Source of the DNA: Candidatus Bathyarchaeia archaeon
GTDB lineage: Archaea; Thermoproteota; Bathyarchaeia; Bathyarchaeales; Bathycorpusculaceae
DNA: 64,000 nucleotides
Assembly (NCBI GenBank): GCA_050015395.1
Contig: JBEKBM010000002.1
Span: 1 to 64,000, forward strand
Direction: 5' to 3'
Each line of letters starts with the position of its first letter. The first letter of the stretch is position 1. A program made the translations under genes and the position numbers. Shown here one piece after another: positions 22,346-31,977 of this stretch. A model generated the notes under the pieces. The model searched no databases, was not told the origin of the DNA, and was given only the letters and a program-made list of their open reading frames with translations.

Positions 22346-23068
22346 ATGGAAAAGTGCGAAATACTTGAACACGATTCAAAGAACGAAATACCAATTAGAG
22401 AACACAGAGAACTGCAAAAGGAAGAGGGAAAATACTTCTACTGCGTAATGCTCTGTAACGAAAAAAAGAGTTTCGGCAAGATAGGCATTAACAACAGCGA
22501 AGTCTACACCATTCCTTACAAAAATGTCGCAGCAGTAGTAAGCGATTCCCCAATGAAAGACTACGAACTAACAGAAGACAATACCCAGAACCATGAAAAA
22601 GTCATCAGGCAAGTAATGGAAGAGCACACGATCGTGCCAGCGGAATTTGGAACACTAATAAAAAACGAGGTAATTCTAAAGCGCCTACTCGGCAAAGCCT
22701 ACTTACCCACAAGAGAATGCCTAAAGCTAGTTGACAACATGATCGAGCTCGGAGTAAAAGCAGTTCTAACCGAGAACGCTGTGGCTGTCGACGCAAAAAT
22801 AAGAAGGGAATGTGCCTCAGATATTTTGGAATCGCTAAAGGCTCAGGCAAAGCAAGCAGTCACAAGTGATTTGTTCAGTGAGCGGTTGATTTTAAACGCG
22901 TCCTTTCTTGTTAACAAAGAAGGCATTGATGCATTTTCAAACGAAGTGGAAAGACTGCAGAAAAAACACTCACTTATTAGGCTTCTTTACAGCGGACCAT
23001 GGGCTCCCTACAATTTTGTTTACATAAAAATCGGGGCAGATGGCATGAAGATAACACAGAACAGGTGA
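22346..23068 (+). CDS. gvpF: GvpF/GvpL-family protein
   Basis: GKYFYCV, HEKVI..VM...TIVPAEFG, ELGVK, LNASFLV, SGPWAPYNFV. Confidence 0.88.
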   Translation: MEKCEILEHDSKNEIPIREHRELQKEEGKYFYCVMLCNEKKSFGKIGINNSEVYTIPYKNVAAVVSDSPMKDYELTEDNTQNHEKVIRQVMEEHTIVPAEFGTLIKNEVILKRLLGKAYLPTRECLKLVDNMIELGVKAVLTENAVAVDAKIRRECASDILESLKAQAKQAVTSDLFSERLILNASFLVNKEGIDAFSNEVERLQKKHSLIRLLYSGPWAPYNFVYIKIGADGMKITQNR

Positions 23069-23073
23069 AACAC

Positions 23074-23364
23074 ATGCCTTTCTTTATAGATGACATTTTC
23101 CTGCGAATGGTGGGCCTTTCTCTGCCACCGTTTGACATGATTTGGCTTATGGAAACAATTACGGATCATGCTGACGAAATATGGGTAAAGGAAAATCAAC
23201 AAAAGATTAACAACAAAATAAGAGAGAACCGGTTACTCTACGAGCTAGGCGAAATAACAAAGGAAGAATACGATAAAAGAAACACGGCGTTGAGCCATCA
23301 GCGTCTCCTGTACAAACGGGTAAACAGAGTGCAACTTAGCCAGAGGATAAACTCACTAGGCTAG
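23074..23364 (+). CDS. gvpG: GvpG-like protein
   Basis: FFIDDIF...IRENRLLYELGEITKEEY; follows gvpF. Confidence 0.8.
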   Translation: MPFFIDDIFLRMVGLSLPPFDMIWLMETITDHADEIWVKENQQKINNKIRENRLLYELGEITKEEYDKRNTALSHQRLLYKRVNRVQLSQRINSLG

Positions 23365-23405
23365 TTTTAGACGGAACTGTAGAAAAAAAGAAGAGAAGTG
23401 AAAAT

Positions 23406-23792
23406 ATGGAAAACCGTACCTTAACACCTGAAAAAGAGCACTCAGGCCTAGCCGATGCCATCGATAGAATTTTAGACAAAGGATTAGTAATTAACGCCGA
23501 CATCGCCATCAGCGTTGCTGGAGTCGAGCTGCTTGGAATAAAAATAAGAGCCGCTCTCGCTTCTTTTGAGACAGCAGCAAAATACGGACTTGAGTTTCCG
23601 TCCGGAACTAACTTAGAAACACCTGCTTTTAAAGAAGCCATAACCGAAAAAGAGAACTGCCCCCAATGTGACAAACGAGTTGATAGGGAGGAACTGCTGA
23701 ACTTCGCGTGTCCTTGGTGTGGCTGGGAAAGCGTAAGGGCAAAAAAAAGCAAGGCAATTAAGGTCGCTGAAAAGGTGGGGGTTCGACGTTGA
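23406..23792 (+). CDS. gvpJ: GvpJ (GvpA family) with C-terminal Zn ribbon
   Basis: LADAIDRILDKGLVINADIAISVAGVELLGIKIRAALASFETAAKYGLEFP; CPQC...CPWC. Confidence 0.9.
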   Translation: MENRTLTPEKEHSGLADAIDRILDKGLVINADIAISVAGVELLGIKIRAALASFETAAKYGLEFPSGTNLETPAFKEAITEKENCPQCDKRVDREELLNFACPWCGWESVRAKKSKAIKVAEKVGVRR

Positions 23793-24325
23793 GTTTATCA
23801 GAAAAATTGAACTTGCTTCTCAAAGCAGTAGATGAGACGAGCCAACTAATAATGACTTATCTTTTGAAAGAAAGATATGCGGGTATTAGGGAGTTAACGA
23901 GTCTAGTTTGCGCTTCTTCCGACATGGAAGTGCTAATGAGAATTAGAGAAATCATAAACCCGAAAGCACAGGAAGTCATAGGAATACCTATTCTCAAGTT
24001 TGAAAGATCCAAAATCGATCTTTTAACTGGCCAAAAAATCTTGTTCAACTGGTGGATAAATGAAGAATTGGCGAACAGGGCACGCGACGACGAATTAGTA
24101 GACGTTATGGACGAAAAAAACTGCCTAAGAGTAATAGCCGCTCTGCCCCCACAAGAGGATAACGTCGCTGTCAAAGTGGAAGATTCTCTTCTGGTAATCT
24201 CGGGGAAGGAATACCACAAAGAGCTGCTCCTTTTTTGTCCTGTTGAAAAGAAGGCTTTCCAAACTATCAACAATGGTGTTTTAGAAGTCAAATTGAACAA
24301 AGTAGCTGATAAAATATGCCGATAG
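23789..24325 (+). CDS. GvpH-like Hsp20-fold protein with N-terminal HTH-like region
   Basis: LVDVMDE...INNGVLEVKL; position between gvpJ and gvpK. Confidence 0.65.
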   Translation: MSLSEKLNLLLKAVDETSQLIMTYLLKERYAGIRELTSLVCASSDMEVLMRIREIINPKAQEVIGIPILKFERSKIDLLTGQKILFNWWINEELANRARDDELVDVMDEKNCLRVIAALPPQEDNVAVKVEDSLLVISGKEYHKELLLFCPVEKKAFQTINNGVLEVKLNKVADKICR

Positions 24326-24630
24326 AAATCGATGAACACAACCTGAAATCTGGGCTCCTTGGACTAGTTGTAGCGCTAGTGGAGGTTGTGCAAGAGGTTC
24401 TTGAAAGAGAATCGATACGAAGAATGGAGTCTGGTAAACTAAGTGAGATGGAAATCGAAGGGTTAGGAAAGGGACTAATGGAGCTTGACGTAGCGCTCAG
24501 GCATATAAAAGAGGAGAATGATCTCGAAAGCCTTGTCAGGTCTGTGCGGTCTGATCTCGACAAATTGGTGGAAGAAACCATTGACGTGATGGCTAACCCA
24601 GAAAGATGGAAACAGCATAAGGGGGATTGA
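24316..24630 (+). CDS. gvpK: Gas vesicle protein GvpK
   Basis: GLLGLVVALVEVVQEVLERESIRRMESGKLSEMEIEGLG. Confidence 0.92.
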   Translation: MPIEIDEHNLKSGLLGLVVALVEVVQEVLERESIRRMESGKLSEMEIEGLGKGLMELDVALRHIKEENDLESLVRSVRSDLDKLVEETIDVMANPERWKQHKGD

Positions 24631-24631
24631 A

Positions 24632-25441
24632 ATGTCTCGAGAAAGCGATTACGGAGAGGGAAGATACATTTATTGCATAGTAAACAGCGTCAAAGAAAAG
24701 GATTTTGGGCAAGTCGGAGTTGAAGACAATAGAGTCTACGTCGTAGCCTTTAACGACATTGGTGCAGTTGTCCACAGTTGCGAGGCTAAGCCCTATAAAA
24801 CAGGCGCAAAAGAAAAAGCGAGTGAGTGGATCCTGTCCCATCAATACGTTATTGACTTAGCTACGAATGAATTCGACACAGTGATTCCTCTAACCTTTGA
24901 TACAATTTTCAAAGGAAATAATGAAACACTAAAAATGTGGCTCAGCAAGGAGTACGAACAACTTAAAGCTCTATCGGCAAAGCTTAAAGGGAAAGCCGAA
25001 TATGGCGTTCAGGTTTTCCTCGAGAACGATTTCGTTGACAGAAACGTGAAGGATAGTCAAGAAATTCAGAATCTGGAAGAACAACTTAAAAACGCAAGTA
25101 GTGGGGTTGCCTACTTGCTTAATAAGAATTTAAAAAAACGAAGGCAAATTGAACAGCATCTTGTCTTAGACAAATATGGAAATGAACTGTGCGCCAAGAT
25201 CGAGAAGCTTGTTGACGACCTAAAACTTGGTTCAATAAATAAGGAAGTTCCCGAAGAATGGAAAGGCAAACAGATGATCCTCAACATAACCTGCCTTGCG
25301 CAAAAAGATAAAATTGAAAACTTAGGAACCCTGCTGGGGCAGCTTAAGAAAGAGGGTTTCGCTGTGAGGTTCACTGGTCCTTGGCCTCCATACTCTTTTG
25401 TAGGGCAGTTAAATGAGTCAAAAACTGTGGGAAGTGGGTGA
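24632..25441 (+). CDS. gvpL: GvpL/GvpF-family protein
   Basis: GRYIYCIV, HQYVID, IPLTFDTIF, GKAEYGV, FTGPWPPYSF. Confidence 0.88.
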   Translation: MSRESDYGEGRYIYCIVNSVKEKDFGQVGVEDNRVYVVAFNDIGAVVHSCEAKPYKTGAKEKASEWILSHQYVIDLATNEFDTVIPLTFDTIFKGNNETLKMWLSKEYEQLKALSAKLKGKAEYGVQVFLENDFVDRNVKDSQEIQNLEEQLKNASSGVAYLLNKNLKKRRQIEQHLVLDKYGNELCAKIEKLVDDLKLGSINKEVPEEWKGKQMILNITCLAQKDKIENLGTLLGQLKKEGFAVRFTGPWPPYSFVGQLNESKTVGSG

Positions 25442-26430
25442 AAACTGAAATGGGAAAGTACCTTTATGGGATTATTAATTCGGAGAATAGACAAAGTTTT
25501 GGCAACATTGGGCTGGACAATGGTGAAGTATACAGTGTACAATTTGAGGATGTCGGAGCAGTCGTTAGCGACATTCCCGAAAACCGTGAGGTCGGAATAG
25601 CCGAGGTCAAAATTCACGAAGCGACATTACGGAAAATAATGGAGACTCACGCAGTAATTCCCATGAATTTCGGAATAATAGCCAAAGACGAGGCAGAAAC
25701 AAAAAAGGTTCTAAAACAAGCTCGGATGAAGCTGAAGAAGACGTTGGAAAAGGTTGACAATAAACTGCAGATCAATGTTAAGATCTCATGGGACAAAGTC
25801 GTCCTCGCAGATATTTTAAAAGAAAGCGGGGAAATACGGAAATTGACAAGGGAAGCGAAGGAAAAAGCTGACCAATCACTCATGATTGAGCTAGGGCGAA
25901 AAGTTAAGTTAGTGTTAGACAAATGGAAAAGCGAATACGTAGAGGACGTAAAAAGTTCGCTGAAAAGTTTATCAGATGAATTGGACGAAAACAAAGTCAC
26001 TGATCAAAATACACTGATGCATGCTGCTTTTTTGGTTAATAAAAAGCGAGAACAGGAATTCTACAGTAAACTAGAAGAGTTAGAGAAGAAATACGAGAGA
26101 AAACTCGAGTTTCTCGCCGTCGGTCCCCTGCCGCCGTACAATTTCACCAAAGTTGGAGTAACGCGAATAAATTTTGACGACGTGGAAGCAGCAAGAAAAG
26201 CCTTGGGGTTGAGCCATGAGGTAAGTATATCCGAAATCAGCTCCGCGTACAATATGCTTGTTCGGCGGTACCATCCTGACCTTCATCTAGGGGATCCACA
26301 TGCAGAAGAGAAATTCAAGGAAATAAAGAGTGCTTATAGCTTATTGACAAAGTATTGCGAACATTACCTTTGCTCCCTCCAGAAAACGGTAGTCGAAGAA
26401 ACTATTCTCGTGGAGGAAAAGGGCAGCTAA
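25438..26430 (+). CDS. GvpL/F-family protein fused to a C-terminal J-domain
   Basis: GKYLYGII...IPMNFG...GPLPPYNF then ALGL...ISSAYNMLVRRYHPDL...AEEKFKEIKSAY. Confidence 0.88.
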   Translation: MKTEMGKYLYGIINSENRQSFGNIGLDNGEVYSVQFEDVGAVVSDIPENREVGIAEVKIHEATLRKIMETHAVIPMNFGIIAKDEAETKKVLKQARMKLKKTLEKVDNKLQINVKISWDKVVLADILKESGEIRKLTREAKEKADQSLMIELGRKVKLVLDKWKSEYVEDVKSSLKSLSDELDENKVTDQNTLMHAAFLVNKKREQEFYSKLEELEKKYERKLEFLAVGPLPPYNFTKVGVTRINFDDVEAARKALGLSHEVSISEISSAYNMLVRRYHPDLHLGDPHAEEKFKEIKSAYSLLTKYCEHYLCSLQKTVVEETILVEEKGS

Positions 26431-26439
26431 AGCCTCTGA

Positions 26440-28377
26440 ATGGTGATTGCCATGTGTCGAACAATGGGAATCGATCTTGGAACATCCAACTCTGCTGCCG
26501 CTGTAATGAAAGATGGAAAAATAAGACTGGTACCAGCGTCTGAAGGGCCAACCGCTTATGGGAAAATGTTTCCGTCTATTGTTGCGTTTAGGGAAGATGG
26601 CGAAATAGTCGTAGGCAAGAACGCAAAGAGCTACGCCTACATTCACCCAGAAAGAACGGTACGATGGATTAAAAGAAAAATGGGCACAGATTACGTCGTA
26701 AACATAGACGGTTACGCGTATACTCCTCAAGAGATATCCGCATTAATACTAAAGAAGATGAAAAAAGACGCAGAAACGTATTTGGGCGAGACGATAGACA
26801 AGGCAGTAATTTCAGCGCCAGCGTACTTCAACAATAACCAGAGGAACGCCACGAAAGAGGCGGCGGAAATAGCTGGGCTGGAAGTTTTGAGGATCGTCAG
26901 CGAACCAACAGCGGCTTCACTAGCCTACGGTTTAGACCAGGCGGGAAAAAACCTTAAGATAGCAGTATTGGATTTGGGCGCTGGAACTTTTGACGTAACC
27001 ATTTTGCAGATAAACAACAGTGTATTCCAAGTCATATCTACCAGCGGAGATACAAACCTGGGTGGCAAAGACATGGATGACGCAGTTTTAGATTATCTCG
27101 TTAGCGAAATAGAGGAGAAATACGGCGTTAACTTAAGGGCCGACAAGAAAAACTTGAACAGGGTTAGGGATGCTGGAGAAATGGCGAAGATTCTCCTCTC
27201 AAGAAAGCGCTTAACAACTGTGAAACCCACACTTGACTTGGATGGATCCAGACTTAGCCCATGCATAACCTTAACCCGGAAAAAGCTTGAAGAACTCATC
27301 CAACCACAACTTGAGAGACTCCGATATCCACTGAAGCAGGCTTTAAGAGACTCAGCCATGGTACCTCAAGATATAGACAAACTGGTTCTGGTGGGTGGAC
27401 CAACTAGGACACCTATTGTTAGAGAGTATTTTAGAAGCTATTTTGAAGTGGAACCTGAGATAGGCATTGATCCTATGGGAATAGTAGCTACTGGCGCCAG
27501 TGTCCAGGCCAGTGTTTTAAACGGTGAAATAAAAGATATGCTGCTGCTTGATGTCACGCCCCTATCTCTAGGCGTGGAGACATCGGGCGGATTATTTACG
27601 CGATTGATCAAGAGAAATACTACCCTTCCAACTGAGGAAAACATGACATTTGCAACCGAAGAAGACAACCAGACCTCGATGATGATAAATGTCCTACAAG
27701 GCGAGCGGGAGCTCGCGAAAGATAACATATCCGTCGGTTTGTTCAAACTGAACGGCATCCCTCCAGCACCCAGATATGAGCAAAAGGTTGAAGTCGCCTT
27801 CAAGATAAATGCCGACGGCATATTAACTGTCTCTGCCGAGATTTTGGAAACAGGGAAAAGAAAAGTCATCAAGATTGCTGAGACAAAGGTTCTGTCAGAG
27901 GAAGAAATCACCAGGATGATCATCGAAGCAACCAAGTATAACGAGATTGATGAAGAAGCAAAGGAGGTCGTGGAAACTCGTAACCGAGCAGTGGCTGTGA
28001 TTTATTCAGCAGAGAAATCAATAGAAAGGCTGGGTATAAAAATCTCTGAAATGGACAAAAGAGCGCTGGAAGAAGCTTTAGAGAAACTAAGAGCTGCGTT
28101 GAATGGCTGCAAGCTTCAGAAAGTCAAAGCGTACACGGATGAGTTGTTGAGACTTATGGAAGAAGTGAACATAAAGTTGAAAAAGGTAAGTCAAGCGAAA
28201 ACGTTGTTGTCTTCTGTGGAGAGAAAAATAGGCGGCAAGTTGTCTAGCGAAACCAGAAGTAAACTCAGGGAAGCTGTTAAAAGGCTGGAAGAGGCGCCAT
28301 ACGAGCATGTTAGCGAAGAAGCCATCAAACTGAAAGAAATGGCAGCCGTACTAGAAGTTGACTACGGAGAATGGTGA
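26440..28377 (+). CDS. dnaK: Hsp70/DnaK, cluster-associated paralogue
   Basis: GIDLGTSNS, DLGAGTFD, LVGGPTR, linker DMLLLDVTPLSLG; extended helical tail. Confidence 0.93.
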   Translation: MVIAMCRTMGIDLGTSNSAAAVMKDGKIRLVPASEGPTAYGKMFPSIVAFREDGEIVVGKNAKSYAYIHPERTVRWIKRKMGTDYVVNIDGYAYTPQEISALILKKMKKDAETYLGETIDKAVISAPAYFNNNQRNATKEAAEIAGLEVLRIVSEPTAASLAYGLDQAGKNLKIAVLDLGAGTFDVTILQINNSVFQVISTSGDTNLGGKDMDDAVLDYLVSEIEEKYGVNLRADKKNLNRVRDAGEMAKILLSRKRLTTVKPTLDLDGSRLSPCITLTRKKLEELIQPQLERLRYPLKQALRDSAMVPQDIDKLVLVGGPTRTPIVREYFRSYFEVEPEIGIDPMGIVATGASVQASVLNGEIKDMLLLDVTPLSLGVETSGGLFTRLIKRNTTLPTEENMTFATEEDNQTSMMINVLQGERELAKDNISVGLFKLNGIPPAPRYEQKVEVAFKINADGILTVSAEILETGKRKVIKIAETKVLSEEEITRMIIEATKYNEIDEEAKEVVETRNRAVAVIYSAEKSIERLGIKISEMDKRALEEALEKLRAALNGCKLQKVKAYTDELLRLMEEVNIKLKKVSQAKTLLSSVERKIGGKLSSETRSKLREAVKRLEEAPYEHVSEEAIKLKEMAAVLEVDYGEW

Positions 28378-28973
28378 GCTTGGAACCTGCAAGAGATGGT
28401 GCACTCGTAGACCTTGTTGACAGAATCTTGGTCAAAGGCGTAATTCTTCAGGCAGATCTTGTCATATCAGTTTCCGGGGTGCCTTTGATTGGTGTTAACT
28501 TGAAAGCTGCAATTGCCGGCATGACAACCATGGTGGATTATGGGATTATGGAAGCTTGGGACGAAAAAATCAGAAAGTCCGTCCTAGTAGATAGCGAGGA
28601 AGAAGCCCCCTTAAATGAGAACGAAAAAATCATCTTCAAGACATTTGGTTCACATTATTATCGCGGCACGTCTCTTCCAGGCATTTGGAGAAATGGATAT
28701 CTTTATCTCACGAACAAAAGGCTCTTCTTGTTCCGGAAAAAACCCGCCCAAATCCTATTTGAAATAGCTCTGGACAAAATTGAAGGCATAACTATCGAAG
28801 GAAAGAATCATCTGAAGGAGAAGGAAGAAATCATTCTACTTTTGCTTGGAAATGATCAATCAGACAGTGATGTAGTGTTGCTTCGCACTGACGAAATAAG
28901 AGAGCTTAAAAGGAAAATTGAAGAAAGAATAACAAAGGGTGGACCAGTGGAAGTTTTATCTTCCATTCAATAG
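28371..28973 (+). CDS. gvpM: GvpM (GvpA family) fused to a GRAM/PH-like domain
   Basis: LVDLVDRIL.KGVILQADLVISVSGVPLIGVNLKAAIAGMTTM..YG; then GYLYLTNKRLFLF. Confidence 0.82.
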   Translation: MVSLEPARDGALVDLVDRILVKGVILQADLVISVSGVPLIGVNLKAAIAGMTTMVDYGIMEAWDEKIRKSVLVDSEEEAPLNENEKIIFKTFGSHYYRGTSLPGIWRNGYLYLTNKRLFLFRKKPAQILFEIALDKIEGITIEGKNHLKEKEEIILLLLGNDQSDSDVVLLRTDEIRELKRKIEERITKGGPVEVLSSIQ

Positions 28974-28998
28974 AACACCCTTTTAGGATGCACGTAGG

Positions 28999-29397
28999 TT
29001 AAGAAATTTCTACGCGGGTTTTTATGAAGTTATTCATTATTTGGAAAGATAAGTTATAAGCGGTGAATTTTTTTTCGAATATTTCTTTTCCTTTAGGGGT
29101 CAAACAGTAGATTGTTTTTCCTTTGTCAAAGGTTGGTTCTATCAGTTTATTTTCCTCTAAGAGGTGGAGTTGAGGATATAGGGAAGCGGGGCTGAGCAAA
29201 ATACCGAATTCTCTGTGGATGGTAGCCAAAATTTTGTAGCCGTGCATGGACCGCCCATTCAACAGGGCTAAAATTACTATATCTAAAAAAGTCTTGACTT
29301 GCCTTTCAATAATCCGCTCATCGAGCAGTACATCTTTTTCAATAACTTTCAAGTTTGTTCTCTCCAATATGGACTTTACGATAAAACAAAACTTCAT
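28999..29397 (-). CDS. PadR-family regulator
   Basis: LDIVILALL...HGYKI...FGILLSPASLYP.L..LEE...YCLTPKG. Confidence 0.85.
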   Translation of the reverse strand: MKFCFIVKSILERTNLKVIEKDVLLDERIIERQVKTFLDIVILALLNGRSMHGYKILATIHREFGILLSPASLYPQLHLLEENKLIEPTFDKGKTIYCLTPKGKEIFEKKFTAYNLSFQIMNNFIKTRVEIS

Positions 29398-29441
29398 GTA
29401 TCAAAAGTCTTCTCGGTTTTTGACGCAAAACCTGTTGGCAT

Positions 29442-29518
29442 TACTTTTTAGCGTCACGTTGGATGCTTTTTAGATACTTTTTAGCGTAACATTGGATACT
29501 TTTTAGCGTCATGTTGAA
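29442..29518. repeat. Three 22-bp direct repeats plus a half unit
   Basis: TACTTTTTAGCGTCACGTTGGA, TGCTTTTTAGA, TACTTTTTAGCGTAACATTGGA, TACTTTTTAGCGTCATGTTGAA. Confidence 0.85.
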
Positions 29519-29589
29519 CCGTGCTTCATAATGCTTTTTGTGAGGTATAAGAAGTTGTGACTGTCCTGTCACAATCACATGCAAATCGA

Positions 29590-29766
29590 CCCCACACAGA
29601 GGCTACACAGCATCTGTTTACGACAAAGTCTAAGGGGCAAGGTTTTGGTTTAGCTGTGGTTAAGCGTATGACTGAAGCTTTAGGCGGCACCGTAACGTTT
29701 GAAAGCCAACAGGGCAAAGGCACCAAATTCATAATACGTTTGCCCACCCCAAGAGATAAACGGTAA
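29590..29766 (+). pseudogene. Histidine kinase HATPase C-terminal remnant
   Basis: LFTTKSKGQGFGLAVVKR...GG...FES..GKGT.F.I.LP, nearly the same as the end of 1482-3926; rest of gene missing. Confidence 0.85.
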
Positions 29767-30065
29767 ATGGACCTTCAAATGAGGAGACGCACCGCAAGAA
29801 TTCACTGTGTCTTGACTGAAACTTCAAGTTCTGTTTCAGATGGTTTGAAGAATAAATTCTGAAAGTTCAATTCTATCTTCTCTTCTTGACCTTTTTTTGA
29901 TGCTTCTTGGCACAGATGCATTTCTAAGAAGACCTAAACGTTTCGGAGGCTTGTAATGAGTTTCAATTTATGATTATGTTGGGTTTACATTCAAAGGATA
30001 CTTTTATGTTTCAAAACATAATAATATTGTGAAAAGAGAAAAATTAATTCGCTGAGGAATCAAAT

Positions 30066-31247
30066 TTGGCTGCTCATCAAAGCGTGTTCAAAGACGAGGC
30101 TAAGCTTGACATAAACTACGTTCCGCAGAAGCTGCCTCACAGAGAAAAAGAACACCGCTTGCTGATGGAATTTTTCAGTTTTATCCTTCGTTATCCGGAA
30201 AGGATGTCTCAGCGCGTAATTGTAACAGGCGATGTTGGCACTGGAAAAACAGTCCTTGCACAACGCTTTGGAGCAAATATTACTTCTGAAGCCAACAAGC
30301 GAGCCATAAAATTCCGCTATGTACATGTTAACTGCCGAGAATACCGTGGAAGCCTCTCCCCCATTTTGCACCATGCCGTCACCGTTTTCCGCCCCAACTA
30401 TCCTGCCCGTGGCTACTCTGCAGAAGAAGTCCTCACAGTACTCATGCAAGTTTTAGATGAGGAAAACGCCTTCATAATATTAACCCTAGATGAGTTTGAC
30501 AGCCTCATCGAAAAGGAAGGCTCAGACGCTGTTTACAAGTTGACGCGTTTGCAGGAGATGCGGCAGGGCAAGCCGCAGAGGTTGTCATTTATTTTTATTT
30601 TACGTGATTTAAAAGCATTAGAGAAGTTAGATGCGAGCGCAAGAAGCACTCTACAACGCAGCATCATCAATTTAGAACGCTACGGCAAAGAACAACTCGT
30701 TGACATCTTAAATGACCGTGTTTCAATGGCGTTTGAGTTAGGAGCCGTTCAGGAAGACGTTGTTGACCTAATTTCTGATTTGGCTTTTAAAGAAACTGGG
30801 AATGCCCGTTTCGGAATTGAATTATTGTGGCGTGCTGGGAAATATGCAGACGCCCAAGATGCGGGCAGAGTCGAGCCTGAGTGCGTTCGCATGGCAGTGT
30901 CCAGTATTGTTCCTAGTATACGTCGAAGTGAGCTAGCTGGGCTCGGTTTACACCAAAAATTGTTCCTGCTCGCGGTAGCACGTTACTTTAAGGGCAATGA
31001 GCAGGCTTACGCTTTGTTATCTGAACTTGAGAAAACCTATGCGGTTGTTTGTGAAGAGTTCGGTGTGGAGCCGAATAATCACACGCAATTGTGGAATTAC
31101 GCCCAGTTTCTCTCATCAATGGGCGCTTTAACAGTTGAAGTAGCCACAACCCGCGGAAGGTCAACACAGGTTTCACTTTCCATTCCAGCAAGTGAGTTAG
31201 AGAAAGAATTAAGTGCCAGCTTAGAAGTAGAAAAAGAGAAAACGTGA
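30066..31247 (+). CDS. cdc6: Orc1/Cdc6 replication initiator
   Basis: YVPQKLPHRE, GDVGTGKT, VHVNC, LDEFD, GNARFGIELL, C-terminal wH. Confidence 0.92.
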   Translation: MAAHQSVFKDEAKLDINYVPQKLPHREKEHRLLMEFFSFILRYPERMSQRVIVTGDVGTGKTVLAQRFGANITSEANKRAIKFRYVHVNCREYRGSLSPILHHAVTVFRPNYPARGYSAEEVLTVLMQVLDEENAFIILTLDEFDSLIEKEGSDAVYKLTRLQEMRQGKPQRLSFIFILRDLKALEKLDASARSTLQRSIINLERYGKEQLVDILNDRVSMAFELGAVQEDVVDLISDLAFKETGNARFGIELLWRAGKYADAQDAGRVEPECVRMAVSSIVPSIRRSELAGLGLHQKLFLLAVARYFKGNEQAYALLSELEKTYAVVCEEFGVEPNNHTQLWNYAQFLSSMGALTVEVATTRGRSTQVSLSIPASELEKELSASLEVEKEKT

Positions 31248-31254
31248 AGCAATT

Positions 31255-31530
31255 ATGGAGTTAGAAGAAGTTTTTTCATCAAAGCTTCGAATCAAAATTT
31301 TAAAACTCATCTACCAATTAGGTTCCCTTAACGTTTCAGACATTGCTCGACGACTCAACAGTAACTTCACAGCGACATCTGAGAACTTGAAAATTTTAGA
31401 AGCTGAAGGCATTTTGCACGAACTCGTTTACGGCAGAGTTCGCATGTACAGGTTCAATGAGAACTCAGCAAAAGCTAAAGCCGTGCAAAACCTAATAGAA
31501 GCATGGGAACAAAATAAACAAGGTGAATAA
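31255..31530 (+). CDS. wHTH (ArsR-like) protein
   Basis: EEVFSSKLRIKILK...LNVSDIARRL. Confidence 0.8.
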   Translation: MELEEVFSSKLRIKILKLIYQLGSLNVSDIARRLNSNFTATSENLKILEAEGILHELVYGRVRMYRFNENSAKAKAVQNLIEAWEQNKQGE

Positions 31531-31533
31531 ACT

Positions 31534-31971
31534 ATGGCAATGGTTGATGTTTCAGGCAAAGATGAAATTTTCCGAGAAGCAACCGCATCCGGAACCATAA
31601 AGTTGAAGGCAGAAACAATCAATTTAATTAAGACTGGAAAAATCGCGAAAGGCGACCCACTTTACACGGCAAAAATCGCCGGCGTACTTGCAGCTAAGAA
31701 AACAAGCAGCCTTATTCCTCTATGCCACCCGTTGCCTTTGACGAACGTGCAGGTTGACGTAAAAGTGCTGAATGAGGGCACGGTTGAGGTTTCAGCAACC
31801 GTCAAAACAAAAGCGCAAACTGGTGTGGAAATGGAAGCACTTACCGCGGTTTCGATGGGTTTGTTGACTGTTTGGGACATGACAAAGCAGTATGAAAAAG
31901 ACGCTGCAGGTCAATATCCTTCTACGGCAATTGAGAATATTCATGTTGTCCGCAAGTTTAAGAAGGTGTAG
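31534..31971 (+). CDS. moaC: Cyclic pyranopterin monophosphate synthase
   Basis: MVDVSGK, LIPLCHP, TGVEMEAL. Confidence 0.95.
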   Translation: MAMVDVSGKDEIFREATASGTIKLKAETINLIKTGKIAKGDPLYTAKIAGVLAAKKTSSLIPLCHPLPLTNVQVDVKVLNEGTVEVSATVKTKAQTGVEMEALTAVSMGLLTVWDMTKQYEKDAAGQYPSTAIENIHVVRKFKKV

Positions 31972-31977
31972 CTTTGC

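Noticed and set aside
29442-29518. CRISPR array
   Set aside because: Repeats are contiguous with no unique spacers, and there are no cas genes in the window
29770-30060. Replication origin upstream of cdc6
   Set aside because: AT-rich with one CTGAAAC/GTTTCAG inverted pair, but no convincing ORB repeats with G-strings; cannot be supported by eye
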